Part shown: positions 9,301-19,100 of the stretch, in pieces
Numbering within the stretch: position 1 is the first letter of the stretch
Layout of the letters: each line of letters begins with the position of its first letter
IMG/VR virus record: IMGVR_UViG_3300035670_000022
Location: 32,001 to 96,000 of that record
Strand: one strand, 5' to 3'
Length of the DNA stretch: 64,000 nucleotides
Source of the DNA: a virus
Position numbers and translations under genes: made by a program
Notes under the pieces: model-generated
The model's input: only the letters and a program-made list of their open reading frames with translations
What the model was told of the DNA's origin: nothing
Database searches by the model: none

Positions 9301-12300
9301 CAAATGGAGTCTATTGAAGATGCATATGTTACTGCTTCCTTAGACACAATGCTTGATCGGGATCCTCGCCACGGCGTTGTTGTTGATCGAGCCGACAACG
9401 TGACCCGCATTGCTGTCGAGCACATACTTGAACTTTTAGGGCTGTCTACCTACATAAGCTCTCTTAGTTTATCGACCAATAACGTTATTTCTTTTACTCC
9501 TTCTGATCGAAAACTGGTTGATTTTAACAAACCTAGTTTGATTCGCTGCTCCGGACATACTTGGGAGTATGTTGGCTATTACAACTATGACACCGCCATT
9601 CCTTCTGTACAGCCTAAGCAGTTAGGCGAAGGGTTATCTGCGGTTAGACGTGAACAGATGCGTTTCAGCAAGCTACAGACTCAAGTCGATGGAGGGCGTA
9701 TTTACGCCACTGGGATGGACGAAGAGGGAAATCTGTATGCAGGCAGCCGTGTTACAGACTTGAAAAATGGCAATCAGCGTCGGGTAAACTTAGGCACCAC
9801 CCCAGAGGTGGATGAGATGTTTCCCACAGACTTTGACATCTTACGCGTGCGTCTTCTCTACGCAGGTGACGTTTTTGTCTCTGGGGATCTCACTGTAGGA
9901 GGAACAATTTATTGCACTAACCTGATCGCGTCAGACCTGGTACGGGGCTATACCGGAGAGTTTGACATTCTCAAAACGCGAGGGGATTGCATCACCTTAA
10001 ACTCAGATGCTCTAGAAGCCAACAACGACTGGCTCTTCCGACTGTGCCGCTCTTTACTTCAAACACAGAATATTACAATTACCTTCCCGCCTAATAACGG
10101 TTTACCCGGACAGACTTTAATCACTGACGGTACCGGAGTCCTTTCCTGGGGAGACGTATCAAATGTGCCAGAAGGATATATTGCCTTTCCAGGTATTAGC
10201 CCACTAATTCCCATCAACGTGCTGCCTAGGGAGACTCCTGGCTGGAATAACGGAGCAATGAATTTAACGTCTAATGGCTGTTTAGAGATAAGTGTTAATG
10301 CAGCTGAAGGACCTTACAGTCTGGGGCCTGTTGCAATTGAAAATGGAGATAGCCTGTGGGTAAATTGGGCTCCGGGCGTATCCTGCGCTGGGGCTGCTCA
10401 TAATACTCCTATTGTGGGAGAGATTATTAGTGACGGCAATCATAAAGTAGACGGCTTGTTGTTGTTGGATAAACTCCCTTATACATTCACGTTCAACAAC
10501 CTAGGGGATCAAGTTAGAAGCAGTGTTGTTACTTCTAATATTGTCACTCTTGGCGGTATAAACGCACACACTCAACTCTGGGCAACAGGGGCTAACACTT
10601 CTAGCCTTGAGGTCAAAATTAACGGAGGCGACTGGACACCCTTGCCTAACGATGGCGAGACGGTTTTAGATATTCTGTTAATCGCCTCTGGGTCCACGTT
10701 GCAATTACGCATGACTAACAGCAGTAGTTATGCCACGGCTACTAATGTTGATATCGCCGTAGGCGATCGGGCGCTTAACCAATATGTCCCTGCTTCTTGG
10801 ACGTCGACTACGCAACAGGAGCTTATTAACGGACCTGCTATTACTAAACAGCCTGTATCTCAAACTGTTGTAGAAGGACAAAGTGCTACTTTTACCATCG
10901 AAGCTACTGGAACAGACATCACGTATCAGTGGCGTCGAGATAATCAGAATATAGCTGGAGCCACTGCTGACTCGTATACGGTATTCGATGCTACTTTGGA
11001 TTCAGCAGCTGCTTATACATGTACGGTTAGCAATGTTGCGGGAAGTGTTACCTCCAGCTCAGCAACGCTAACAGTAACTCTACGCGCTCCTGTAATAACT
11101 TCTCATCCACAAAGTGCCTTTGTGGTAGAGGGAGACCCAGCCAGCTTTAACGTCGCTGCTACCGGAACTAATCTTTCCTATCAGTGGCAGAAGAACTCAG
11201 TCAATATTTCTGGTGCTACAGCGACTTCTTACTCTATTACTGAGACTACACGACTCGATCAAGCTTCTTACCGTGTCATTGTCAGTAACTCTGGAGGCGC
11301 CGTCACCAGTTTAGGGGCTAACTTGACTGTTGAGCCAGCTTTACCTGACCCTCCGGTTATTGTTCAGCACCCGCAGTCTTTGAGTCTTGCAGAAGGAACT
11401 AATGCGACCTTTAGCGTCGTTGCTACTGGCTCCAACTTAAACTATCAGTGGCAGAAAAACAGCAGTAATATTTCAGGAGCTACTAACTCTACCCTTGATA
11501 TTTATAGTATTGATACCGGTGATGCTGCTAATTATCGTGTTGTCGTAAGTAATACAGGGGGTTCTGTCACTAGTAATCAAGCCTCGCTGTCTGTTACTCT
11601 AGCGGCTCCTGTCATTACTCAGCAGCCTCAAAGTATATCTATTAATGAAGGACAGAGCGCTACGTTTACTGTTGTCGCGGTCGGGGCGAGTCTAACCTAT
11701 CAGTGGCAAAGAAACAACACTCCCATTTCTGGAGCGACTTCGTCGTCGTATACCATTTCAAATGCAACCACGTCTTCTGCCGCGAACTATCGAGTTGTGG
11801 TAACCAACGCAGGTGGCGCTGTCACCAGTAATAATGCTACCTTGACGGTTACTATTCCAGCTCCTGTCATTACACAACATCCAGTGTCTCAAAACGTTGA
11901 GCTGGGTAATTCTGCTACTTTCTCTGTAACAGCTACAGGAGCCGCGCTTACGTATCAATGGCAAAAAGACGGAGCGAATATTAGTGGGGCGACATCTTCT
12001 TCGTACAGTATTCCTAGCACTACTAATGGTAATAGCGGATCTTACCGAGTACGGGTTCAAAACTCTGGAGGAAGTGTCTTTAGTAACTATGCAGAGCTGA
12101 GTGTTTATGAGGCGTATATTCCTTTACGAATAGTTACTCAGCCACAGGATGTGTCTGGTGACCCTAATACTCTTGTCACACTTTCTGTTGTAGTAGCCGA
12201 TGGAGATCAACCCTACTCTTATAAATGGTACAAAGTCGGCAGCTCTACTGTATTAGGTACTCAGCCATCGTTTAGCGTCTCTATTACCCCGCAAAACGTG

Positions 12301-13272
12301 GGTGAGTACCAATGCCGAATCGTGGACTATTATCAACAAGGCAACGTACTCACTCGAAGAGCTGTCGTTTCAGTAACTCCTAGGTTAAAACCTGAAGTTC
12401 TTTATAGTGGACCCTCTGTCATTTATAGTGATCTAAATACTGTCAATACTATTGGGTTTGCTGTCTACGATGAGAGCCCAGGAGGCAGTGGTCCGTATAC
12501 TGCACAATTAAGGCGAGTAACAACAACTTTACCTTATCCTATTATTGCGACTTCTGTAGATACTGGGCTTCTTACGTTTACTACGCAAAGTGCCCACTAC
12601 GGACAAACTTTTCAAATTGTTGTTACTAGCGCGTGGGGCGATAGCAATGTCTTCATACCTACTTTTCGCTTAGAGCCCCCACTACCGACTATCACTCAGC
12701 AACCTGCTGATATTGAGGCGTATTATGGAGGTACAGCGACGTTTAACGTAGTCGCTACTGGATCTAATCTTAGCTATCAATGGCTTAAAGGCACAACTCC
12801 TATTGCTGGTAAAACCAGTCCTACTTTATCTCTTTCTAATCTGGAGGCAGACGACGCGGCCTTCTATCAAGTCAGAGTAAGTAATCCATATGGTGAAGTA
12901 GTCAGTCGAAGCGCAAAGCTTACTCTTGTTTACGGACCTCCTATTGTTCTTACCCTAATTACGAATAAAAGTTTGCAGATAGGAAGTGGAGCTCTCATTC
13001 AGGTCAGCATCTCAGCTCTAGGACAGCAACCATTAAGCTACCAGTGGTATGAAAATTTGAATACTACCACTGCTAACGATACGTCTAAGTATGTAGCGAG
13101 TACGCAAATTTATGCTCCGACTTTAGTCCCTAGTGCTACCAGTACCGGAGGTCCTCGTTCTCCTGTTTACTACTTAGTTGACGTTCCCTCTGACCGTGCC
13201 TACAGGTGCAAAGTCTCCAATAGTTTAGGGACTGCATGGAGTGATCCCATCTTCCTCGACGTATATACTTAG
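6382..13272 (+). CDS. Large tail/fibre protein with CxRD helical inserts and C-terminal Ig-like repeats
   Basis: PFRSIERALIEAA and PRGVSIIGSDLRK motifs of cyanophage tail proteins. About 7 Ig (I-set-like) repeats of the form P.IT.QP.S....G..ATF.V.A.G..L.YQW from ~10830. Confidence 0.85.
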   Translation: MNCPTGFLWYQKEENRFLLNESQTPDGWAPLPVSVHPKDLSKEDLEALAESISRGSQYTIHVDKNCPYASDAKDNRGNSRFRPFRSIERALIEAARRSFVVGNTASGGADITQRISIHVAAGEYEVENGYGGQIFQSDFDQRQDAAKLLIANRDYLVEVAYTSYQSDPLFAQVLTEAEVLACKRDLSFFVDAVAKDIADTGNFFMVQAARTLFTTPGAFIPAYSSSPKRQSTLEAIRVLREVSRVVIKNQAEESKGGIRLRHITPDPTSLTNPYQEIQLVSDSLYDILIDTLSGSVDPFALEVNPGSDTANFPNEGEPDDRTLRAYNSVYTPGIILPRGVSIIGSDLRKVIIRPKYVPAAHDTTVGRSAIFRMTGGNFISGLTIMDKSGLSESHHKLSCFEFCTNGDLVSYYNKVALAFQDSSKFNRLQDAAGLIKANISWIQKKTFKSFVAETSNQKKYLNIFEAEIPGLLAAIAINCTKFGNEAVLDFADRFKRYHIDPIEDQAALDNALVFYSSLFSQLELYLRKAVTNEANPAEGGYIDERIKTDAASPSNPCQDVQSIINTFIDIILNTLRGATIPRVGFFPWTVFDVGPTASENQIVGAAGQNPIEGASPYVYSVTLRSRWGMCGIDGDGSIVTGLKSFLAAQFTVISMQSDTRCFTALDVLGEVEKRYIGTRAADASDYRHFGYRATNGAYAQLVSCFCIAPAIHFWTASGGEMSITNSTSNFGDVALYAEGFLKNGEGGGAYPQDQGHRLLGIKKPKAVSLIERIFVLGYLKAGGTTVDPSDSAKGTITITGEANTHGYNITNPEYPTRIYARVSGGVVAAEVISHSLNSNNETVFEVKYIDNYALNWVASEYDVNYRRGLIGSAIYFERYVDVRSYEDTLYHLIIEKAQSSTEKRREPVSKYILRLSSVASALDQPFRSMWDPTRGRAPLYFINSATETTAIQPFEGKTNYELTPLSAYSNIERQMESIEDAYVTASLDTMLDRDPRHGVVVDRADNVTRIAVEHILELLGLSTYISSLSLSTNNVISFTPSDRKLVDFNKPSLIRCSGHTWEYVGYYNYDTAIPSVQPKQLGEGLSAVRREQMRFSKLQTQVDGGRIYATGMDEEGNLYAGSRVTDLKNGNQRRVNLGTTPEVDEMFPTDFDILRVRLLYAGDVFVSGDLTVGGTIYCTNLIASDLVRGYTGEFDILKTRGDCITLNSDALEANNDWLFRLCRSLLQTQNITITFPPNNGLPGQTLITDGTGVLSWGDVSNVPEGYIAFPGISPLIPINVLPRETPGWNNGAMNLTSNGCLEISVNAAEGPYSLGPVAIENGDSLWVNWAPGVSCAGAAHNTPIVGEIISDGNHKVDGLLLLDKLPYTFTFNNLGDQVRSSVVTSNIVTLGGINAHTQLWATGANTSSLEVKINGGDWTPLPNDGETVLDILLIASGSTLQLRMTNSSSYATATNVDIAVGDRALNQYVPASWTSTTQQELINGPAITKQPVSQTVVEGQSATFTIEATGTDITYQWRRDNQNIAGATADSYTVFDATLDSAAAYTCTVSNVAGSVTSSSATLTVTLRAPVITSHPQSAFVVEGDPASFNVAATGTNLSYQWQKNSVNISGATATSYSITETTRLDQASYRVIVSNSGGAVTSLGANLTVEPALPDPPVIVQHPQSLSLAEGTNATFSVVATGSNLNYQWQKNSSNISGATNSTLDIYSIDTGDAANYRVVVSNTGGSVTSNQASLSVTLAAPVITQQPQSISINEGQSATFTVVAVGASLTYQWQRNNTPISGATSSSYTISNATTSSAANYRVVVTNAGGAVTSNNATLTVTIPAPVITQHPVSQNVELGNSATFSVTATGAALTYQWQKDGANISGATSSSYSIPSTTNGNSGSYRVRVQNSGGSVFSNYAELSVYEAYIPLRIVTQPQDVSGDPNTLVTLSVVVADGDQPYSYKWYKVGSSTVLGTQPSFSVSITPQNVGEYQCRIVDYYQQGNVLTRRAVVSVTPRLKPEVLYSGPSVIYSDLNTVNTIGFAVYDESPGGSGPYTAQLRRVTTTLPYPIIATSVDTGLLTFTTQSAHYGQTFQIVVTSAWGDSNVFIPTFRLEPPLPTITQQPADIEAYYGGTATFNVVATGSNLSYQWLKGTTPIAGKTSPTLSLSNLEADDAAFYQVRVSNPYGEVVSRSAKLTLVYGPPIVLTLITNKSLQIGSGALIQVSISALGQQPLSYQWYENLNTTTANDTSKYVASTQIYAPTLVPSATSTGGPRSPVYYLVDVPSDRAYRCKVSNSLGTAWSDPIFLDVYT

Positions 13273-13459
13273 TGAAACAGCGACAAAATAAACAATTTGC
13301 GCTAAGTAGGCGGTATAATTTTTGGACACTCTTTGCACATAAACATAGCTAATCCCTGTATTTATACGGATTTTAGGTGTTTTAAATACCTTTTCTTCAT
13401 TGCTTTGGCAATAAGCTATTTCTTGCTGTAACAGATCACTGAAACCCCTTCTTACTTTA

Positions 13460-13696
13460 ATGCTTAGCTCTACTTCTACTCTTGAAATTCAGCCTTCGGT
13501 TCTAGACGAGGACAAAGCTCTGCTACGTATGTATACCTACGAGTTATCAGAAGGGTTTATTTATCAGACCAAGTCACAAGCTAGAGATGTTGTTAAGAGC
13601 TACTTACGACTTTTGGGGGCAGATATTCTCTATGACCCTGAGTTTCTAGCTATATTCAATCTCTTAGGTAAGCTTATATCAACACTTGATGACTAA
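13460..13696 (+). CDS. Hypothetical protein
   Basis: 78-aa ORF in the gap before 13806. Confidence 0.5.
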   Translation: MLSSTSTLEIQPSVLDEDKALLRMYTYELSEGFIYQTKSQARDVVKSYLRLLGADILYDPEFLAIFNLLGKLISTLDD

Positions 13697-13805
13697 ACTA
13701 AGCTAAATCCTTCTTTAAATCCTGCTTAAGTTCGATATCCTACTTACGCATTCGGGATTTTAGTGCTAATTTAGGCATATTCCCTATGCAGGTTTTAATA
13801 AAGGT

Positions 13806-15086
13806 ATGAGTCAAGTAACTGAAGTCACTCAAGTTGAGAAGGAACTTACTCTAGACCAATTTCAGAAGCTAGACAGCTATGCTTCTGAAATAAATGGTTT
13901 ATTGCGCTCTACGCTTCTGTCAGCGGTGCGCATAGGTGAAATTCTCAAAGATGTCCGGGATAACATCTTACCGTATGGTGAGTGGATTCCTTGGGTAGAA
14001 TCCCAATTTGAGAGTTCTATCACCTGTAACACGGCTACCAACTTTATCAATCTATACAACTTACACAGTAAGTATGCAGACAAGTATGCTCGGGGATTAG
14101 AGGCTCTCTCGTTGAGTTCTCTTTATATTATTTCTCGGCACAACGTAGATGAAGAAATACAACAGGCTGTGCTTGAGATAGCTGAAGAGCAAGAGGAAGC
14201 CCCCCCATCTCGGGAAGAAGTTCGTAATCTTGTGCAGTCTTACCGCCAAATTAAGATGTCTGAGGCGGGACTGTCTGATGAGATTCAAACGGCGCTGTTA
14301 GAGTCACCTGTAGTAGAAGACCCTAAAGAGGTCAATGCTCTAAAGCGATTGTCAAAGGCAAGACAACTAGAGGTAGCTGAACGGTTAGCAGTTGGTGTAG
14401 CATCAACCACAAAAGAGGCCGTGAAGCAGATCTACCAAGAAAAGAAAGCAGCATCTGATGTAAGTGAGTCTACAAAAAAAGAGCAGTCTGTCGAAGTCGT
14501 CTATGAAAAGATGAAACGACAGACCTTTCGGCAACTTTCAGACGTTCCATCTGAGTCCGTTGACCTAGCTTTCGTAGAGGCACCTTTAAAACTAGCTTAT
14601 ACACAAAATGATCTGCACTCTCTTTGTATAGAGCTGGAAAGAGTCCTTGTCCCTAGCGCCTTTGCTGTCATTACAGTGGGGCATAAAGCAGCTATGTTTG
14701 CTGGTCCCCTGATAGACCCACTAAAACCGGTTCATCTGCTTTGCCTTAGACGCCAGCCGGGGCAGACCCGTTCTATTGTCGGGTTAAATATAATGTCTGC
14801 CTCTGTCTTCGCTCTTTTTTGCTACAAGGCTCCCTATTCTCCTCCTGGAAAGATGTTAGCCGACTTACATACATACGAAGTGACCACTAACAGCGAGGCG
14901 ATCGCTGGATTAGACGAAGTCTATTCTGGATTGGAGAAGTGTATCGAGCGGATCTTTACTCCGCTAATTGCCCCGGGCGGCACGTTATTACACGCTTTAG
15001 TTAGTCCCATGCACTTCAATCTGTCTTCTAGTGTTCACGAAACAGCTGAAAAATTAAGTGTGGGCACTGTCTATACAGTGCGCTAA
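13806..15086 (+). CDS. DUF3102-like N-terminal domain fused to a degenerate DNA-methyltransferase-like domain
   Basis: IGEILKDVR...YGEWIPWVE..F...TATNFINLY (DUF3102-like). DVPSESVDLAFVEAPL...LERVLVPS resembles N6/N4-MTase SVDLIxTDPPY...RVLKP. Confidence 0.6.
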   Translation: MSQVTEVTQVEKELTLDQFQKLDSYASEINGLLRSTLLSAVRIGEILKDVRDNILPYGEWIPWVESQFESSITCNTATNFINLYNLHSKYADKYARGLEALSLSSLYIISRHNVDEEIQQAVLEIAEEQEEAPPSREEVRNLVQSYRQIKMSEAGLSDEIQTALLESPVVEDPKEVNALKRLSKARQLEVAERLAVGVASTTKEAVKQIYQEKKAASDVSESTKKEQSVEVVYEKMKRQTFRQLSDVPSESVDLAFVEAPLKLAYTQNDLHSLCIELERVLVPSAFAVITVGHKAAMFAGPLIDPLKPVHLLCLRRQPGQTRSIVGLNIMSASVFALFCYKAPYSPPGKMLADLHTYEVTTNSEAIAGLDEVYSGLEKCIERIFTPLIAPGGTLLHALVSPMHFNLSSSVHETAEKLSVGTVYTVR

Positions 15087-15206
15087 ACAGCTTACTCTTA
15101 CTGGCTGCAGTCGTTGCTTGTCTAATTTCTGAACCGTTTACAATTTGAAGCAGTGGATTCCCCTCCACTGCTTTATTATTTTTTTGTGTCGTTTGGTATT
15201 TCAACT

Positions 15207-16154
15207 ATGAGCAGCTACTACATCACCTCTAAGCGCGATGGATTTGGACAGTATCTTAATGAGATAGGTATGTATCCGACTCTAACTAAAGAGCAGGAGC
15301 AAGAGTACGGCAAGAAAATTCAAAAGATGATGCTTTTTAATAAGCTGCTAGAGTCAATACCTCTAGATAGCGCAGTGCAGCTAAAGGCTCAAGCCTGTGC
15401 GTGCTCTGTGCAGGAGTTTAATCTTGTTTATCGACATGGTGCTATCTCTCGAGACCGGATGTTAAAACACAACCTAAAGCTGGTTGTGCATATTGCTCGT
15501 CGGTATAACAACAGGGGTGTTGATTTGGAGGATCTTGTGCAAGAAGGTAGCGTTGGGCTGATGCGGGCGGTAGAGAAGTTTAACCCAGACCTAGGGTTTA
15601 AGTTTAGTACCTACGCTGGGTGGTGGATAAAACAATCAATTATTCGAGCTATTGCTAATACCTGTCGATCTATTCGTCTTCCTGTTCATATACATGATCT
15701 TCTAAATAAGATTCGTCGAGTTGAGCGGGATTTTTTTCAACAAACAGGAAGGACGCCTAAGTTGTCAGAAGTTGCTGACATCATTGGTGTACCTGCGGGT
15801 AAGATCAGTCGAGTCCAGCAACATTCTAAAAATGTGTGGAGTTTAGATATAGAGAGTTATGACTCAGATGACTCACCTTCGATTGAGGAGTCGTTTGTTA
15901 ATACGGTTGCTACTCAACAAGCTGAATATCTATTTGATATCCAGCATCTTACTGAGTCGATGTTACAGGAGTTGGACGAGTTGGAGCTGGCAGTAATGGT
16001 TCGTCGTTACGGATTAAACACCGGAATTAATCTGTCTTACCAGTCCATAGCTGATGAATTGGGTTTAAATACCCAAACAGTCAGAAAGATCAGTCTTGGC
16101 GCCTTTGAAAAGTTAAAGAACCACGTGGTTCAGTCTGGTATCTCCATGTTCTAA
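15207..16154 (+). CDS. Sigma70-family (RpoD/group 2-like) RNA polymerase sigma factor
   Basis: YLNEIG.YP.LT.EQE, NLKLVVHIARRY, DLVQEG.VGL.RAVEKF.P..GFKFSTYA.WWIKQ, R.IRLPVH. ATG at 15207 preferred over GTG at 15153. Confidence 0.93.
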   Translation: MSSYYITSKRDGFGQYLNEIGMYPTLTKEQEQEYGKKIQKMMLFNKLLESIPLDSAVQLKAQACACSVQEFNLVYRHGAISRDRMLKHNLKLVVHIARRYNNRGVDLEDLVQEGSVGLMRAVEKFNPDLGFKFSTYAGWWIKQSIIRAIANTCRSIRLPVHIHDLLNKIRRVERDFFQQTGRTPKLSEVADIIGVPAGKISRVQQHSKNVWSLDIESYDSDDSPSIEESFVNTVATQQAEYLFDIQHLTESMLQELDELELAVMVRRYGLNTGINLSYQSIADELGLNTQTVRKISLGAFEKLKNHVVQSGISMF

Positions 16155-19100
16155 TTATGCATAGCGCATAATATAGGCTAATGCATAGTAGGGAGGAAGG
16201 TTAGTTATCGGCTCATTCTCCCCTTCAGTCTCAGTTATGACTGTGACCGCTTCTTCTGTATCTAAGCTAGGTACTTGTAGACTTGCCACCAGCGCTAAGG
16301 TCTGTCCTGCGGGAACTTGCGATAAATCTCCCGGCGCGAATGACTCTGGATACTTGACGCCTACAACGTACTCTTGAGCGATATCCAGTTCATGCCCATG
16401 GGAAGGTAGGTGTGACTTTGTTAATCTGGTCTCTTGCTCTCCTCCTGTTGCTGTCAGTCCGTATGATCCGCCAGCACCGATAATAAAGCGATTTCTTAAG
16501 TCTGGAGTGTTGTTTTCTCCATCGCATAAGTAATACCCTACGGGGATCGCGTCGATATCACCACTCCACATGATGATCCCCCCAATAGGTACGGCACCTC
16601 CTGTGCTAACTTGACTCTCAGGGAGTCCGCCAACACCAACTAGCTCATCAATACGGGCGCTTAACGCTTGAAGTAACTCTTCTGCATAGAGATGTCTCTG
16701 TTCCGCTAACTCTGTGTAAAGGTCTTTAATTGTTTTTACCTGCGCCGGAGTCGCTGCCAGGTTACTAGAGTCGAAGTCGGTTGGCTCTGCTATTTGGATA
16801 AACCCAGGTTGAGTAACGGAAGCGTAGGTCTGTGCAGTCTTTGGAATTGGATAGGAGAATCGCGTCTCATTATCTATTAATATTGTTGACCGAGACAGAT
16901 CTAGAGTCGCATTAGCGGCAACATCTAGTCCACTAGAGACCACCATTTTGTTGAAGCGCTGCGTGGCAATCGATCCATCATTAGATAGTGACTCCTCTTC
17001 CCCGGTCAATAGGTTGATGTATTTATCTCCCATGATGTACGTACCGTTATGGTTCATACCTGTGTGATAAATCTTGCCACCCTTAGTCTCTCGTTTTAAT
17101 TTGACTCTTTCTTCTTCTTTTGTCAGAGATACGTCTTGATACTTGAGCAGCCCAGTGTCGTAGTTACCGTAGCCTATCCACTCCGTAGTGGTATTAAATG
17201 CTCGAATGGTAGACGGTTTTGTAAAAGATACCCGTAGAGTAACACTCTCTCCCTGTAAGTTTTTAATCGTTTGTGGCTCTGTCTGAGGAGTCGTATAGGT
17301 AACAGATGTCTCTTCATTGACACCGATCGCCTGCAGAATGGCTTTTACAGCTAAATACGTCAGACTATTCGGAGGGTTGTCATCTGGCTCGTTTGGGTCT
17401 GAGTTTGGATAAAGACTAACCGGCTTCTCTACTATGCTGGAGGCTTTCATTACCCCCAGATAGCAACTGCCACTTGGAGCTGCACTTCCGTCGGGGGCTG
17501 TGCTGGTAACCTCTACTATTGAAATAGGCTCTAAGTTGCTGTAATCGTCCAATCTTAAAACATAACTTTGCGGCGGCAGTCTTTTTGAAGATGTAATACC
17601 AGATAGTTCAAGCCAGAAGATTTTTTGCTGGTTGTTACGCTGATCTGGGAGTCGTTTAAAGTAGACCCGTTTACCCGCCAGGTTTTGAATTTGGCCTGCA
17701 ATCAGATTTTCTTCTGTTTCTACTTGAGCGTAATGAGTGCCGTCAGACTCTACACCAAAGTTTCCTGTCGCTGTGGCTGTGTAAACTGCGCCGTCATCTC
17801 CGTCTACGTATAATTTATCTCCACTCTCTACGATATAGGGAGATAAAGAGGATAGATTAAGTGCTTCAGAGAACAGCAGGCGGAGAGTCCCGTTTACTCC
17901 AGCTAAGGTGCCTAACGTATATTTCACCTCGTTTGTGTCTAGAGGGAGTGGGGGTATAAACCTGGAGATGGTGAACCCAGTATCCTGGGGCATCGGGTTA
18001 AGGCTATGACCCTCTGCACTAAAAGCCGTTTCTCCAAAGTTGGTAAAGCAGTTGGCTAAAGATAATTCCCCGCCTGATTTAACTCTGTAGTGTTCAGCAG
18101 CGCAAACAGTAAACGAGGATAGAATCTGTCCAAAGCCATCATTGGTTGCTTCTATACCTGTATGTCGCCAAGCCTCTTTATAGATGCGAATATCCTGTGC
18201 GGTGGTAGCTTCTAGAAAGGCCCTTTCATCTTCTTGAGTAGAGATGTTGGTGTATTTCTCTATCGTCATTGACTTAAAGCCTTCGACCAAGGCGCCATCT
18301 ATCTTTAGTCCACAGGCGCCAAATCTTGATACCAGAGAGCAGTTAGATAAATAAGGACTTGTGCCAACTATGTTATTTACGTTTAAGAATCCGTCTGAGT
18401 CTCTGTCTTCTTTACCTGCTTCTAAAACAGCAATGCTGGTCTCTAACGCTACAGATGTAAAAGAGGCAGCATCAAAGTCTGGAGAAATCGTTCTTCCTAA
18501 ACCCGCTCCTACTTTGGAGTAGTAACCGTAGTCTGGGTTGCTCAAGTCGGAGGTAGAAGCAAAACTAAAGCCGACACAGAGGTGGTGAGTTTCTCTTTTT
18601 AGAGGATTGTCTTTGAGCGTTATGTTAGCAATGTAGCTAGACCCCGTTAGTTTAAACCGCGACGTAGTTCCCTCTTCGCTACAAGAGCATGGTCCTAAAC
18701 TCTCTTCCCATTTCTCAAAGTCTCCTAGATAACGGGGGCGGACACTACACTTGGCTAAGTCTTGTCCAATAATAGATACACCACGAGGGACTATAACACC
18801 CCCTGTTGGTGGATTAAAAACAGAGTAGTCACTGTAAATAACTGCATCGCCGTTACCCCAGGCTCCTCTAACGCTGCGAACAATGATGACGTTATCTTCT
18901 TCAAAGGCATCAATAATTGCAGAGCCTCCGCTGGTGTTATATATCTGAGTATGACGAAAGACTTGCCCAACGACACTCGTGCTCAAAGTGACTCGCCCCG
19001 TCTGCGGTTCGATCGCCGTGACTGTCGCTTCGCTATCTATAGGATTAATAGGACCTACATTACCAAAATCATGTTTAAAGAGATTCTCTAAGTTAGGAGC

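Noticed and set aside
13297-13319. Sigma70 promoter TTGCGC...TATAAT
   Set aside because: Spacer is only 11 bp; at most a -10-only promoter, too weak to call.
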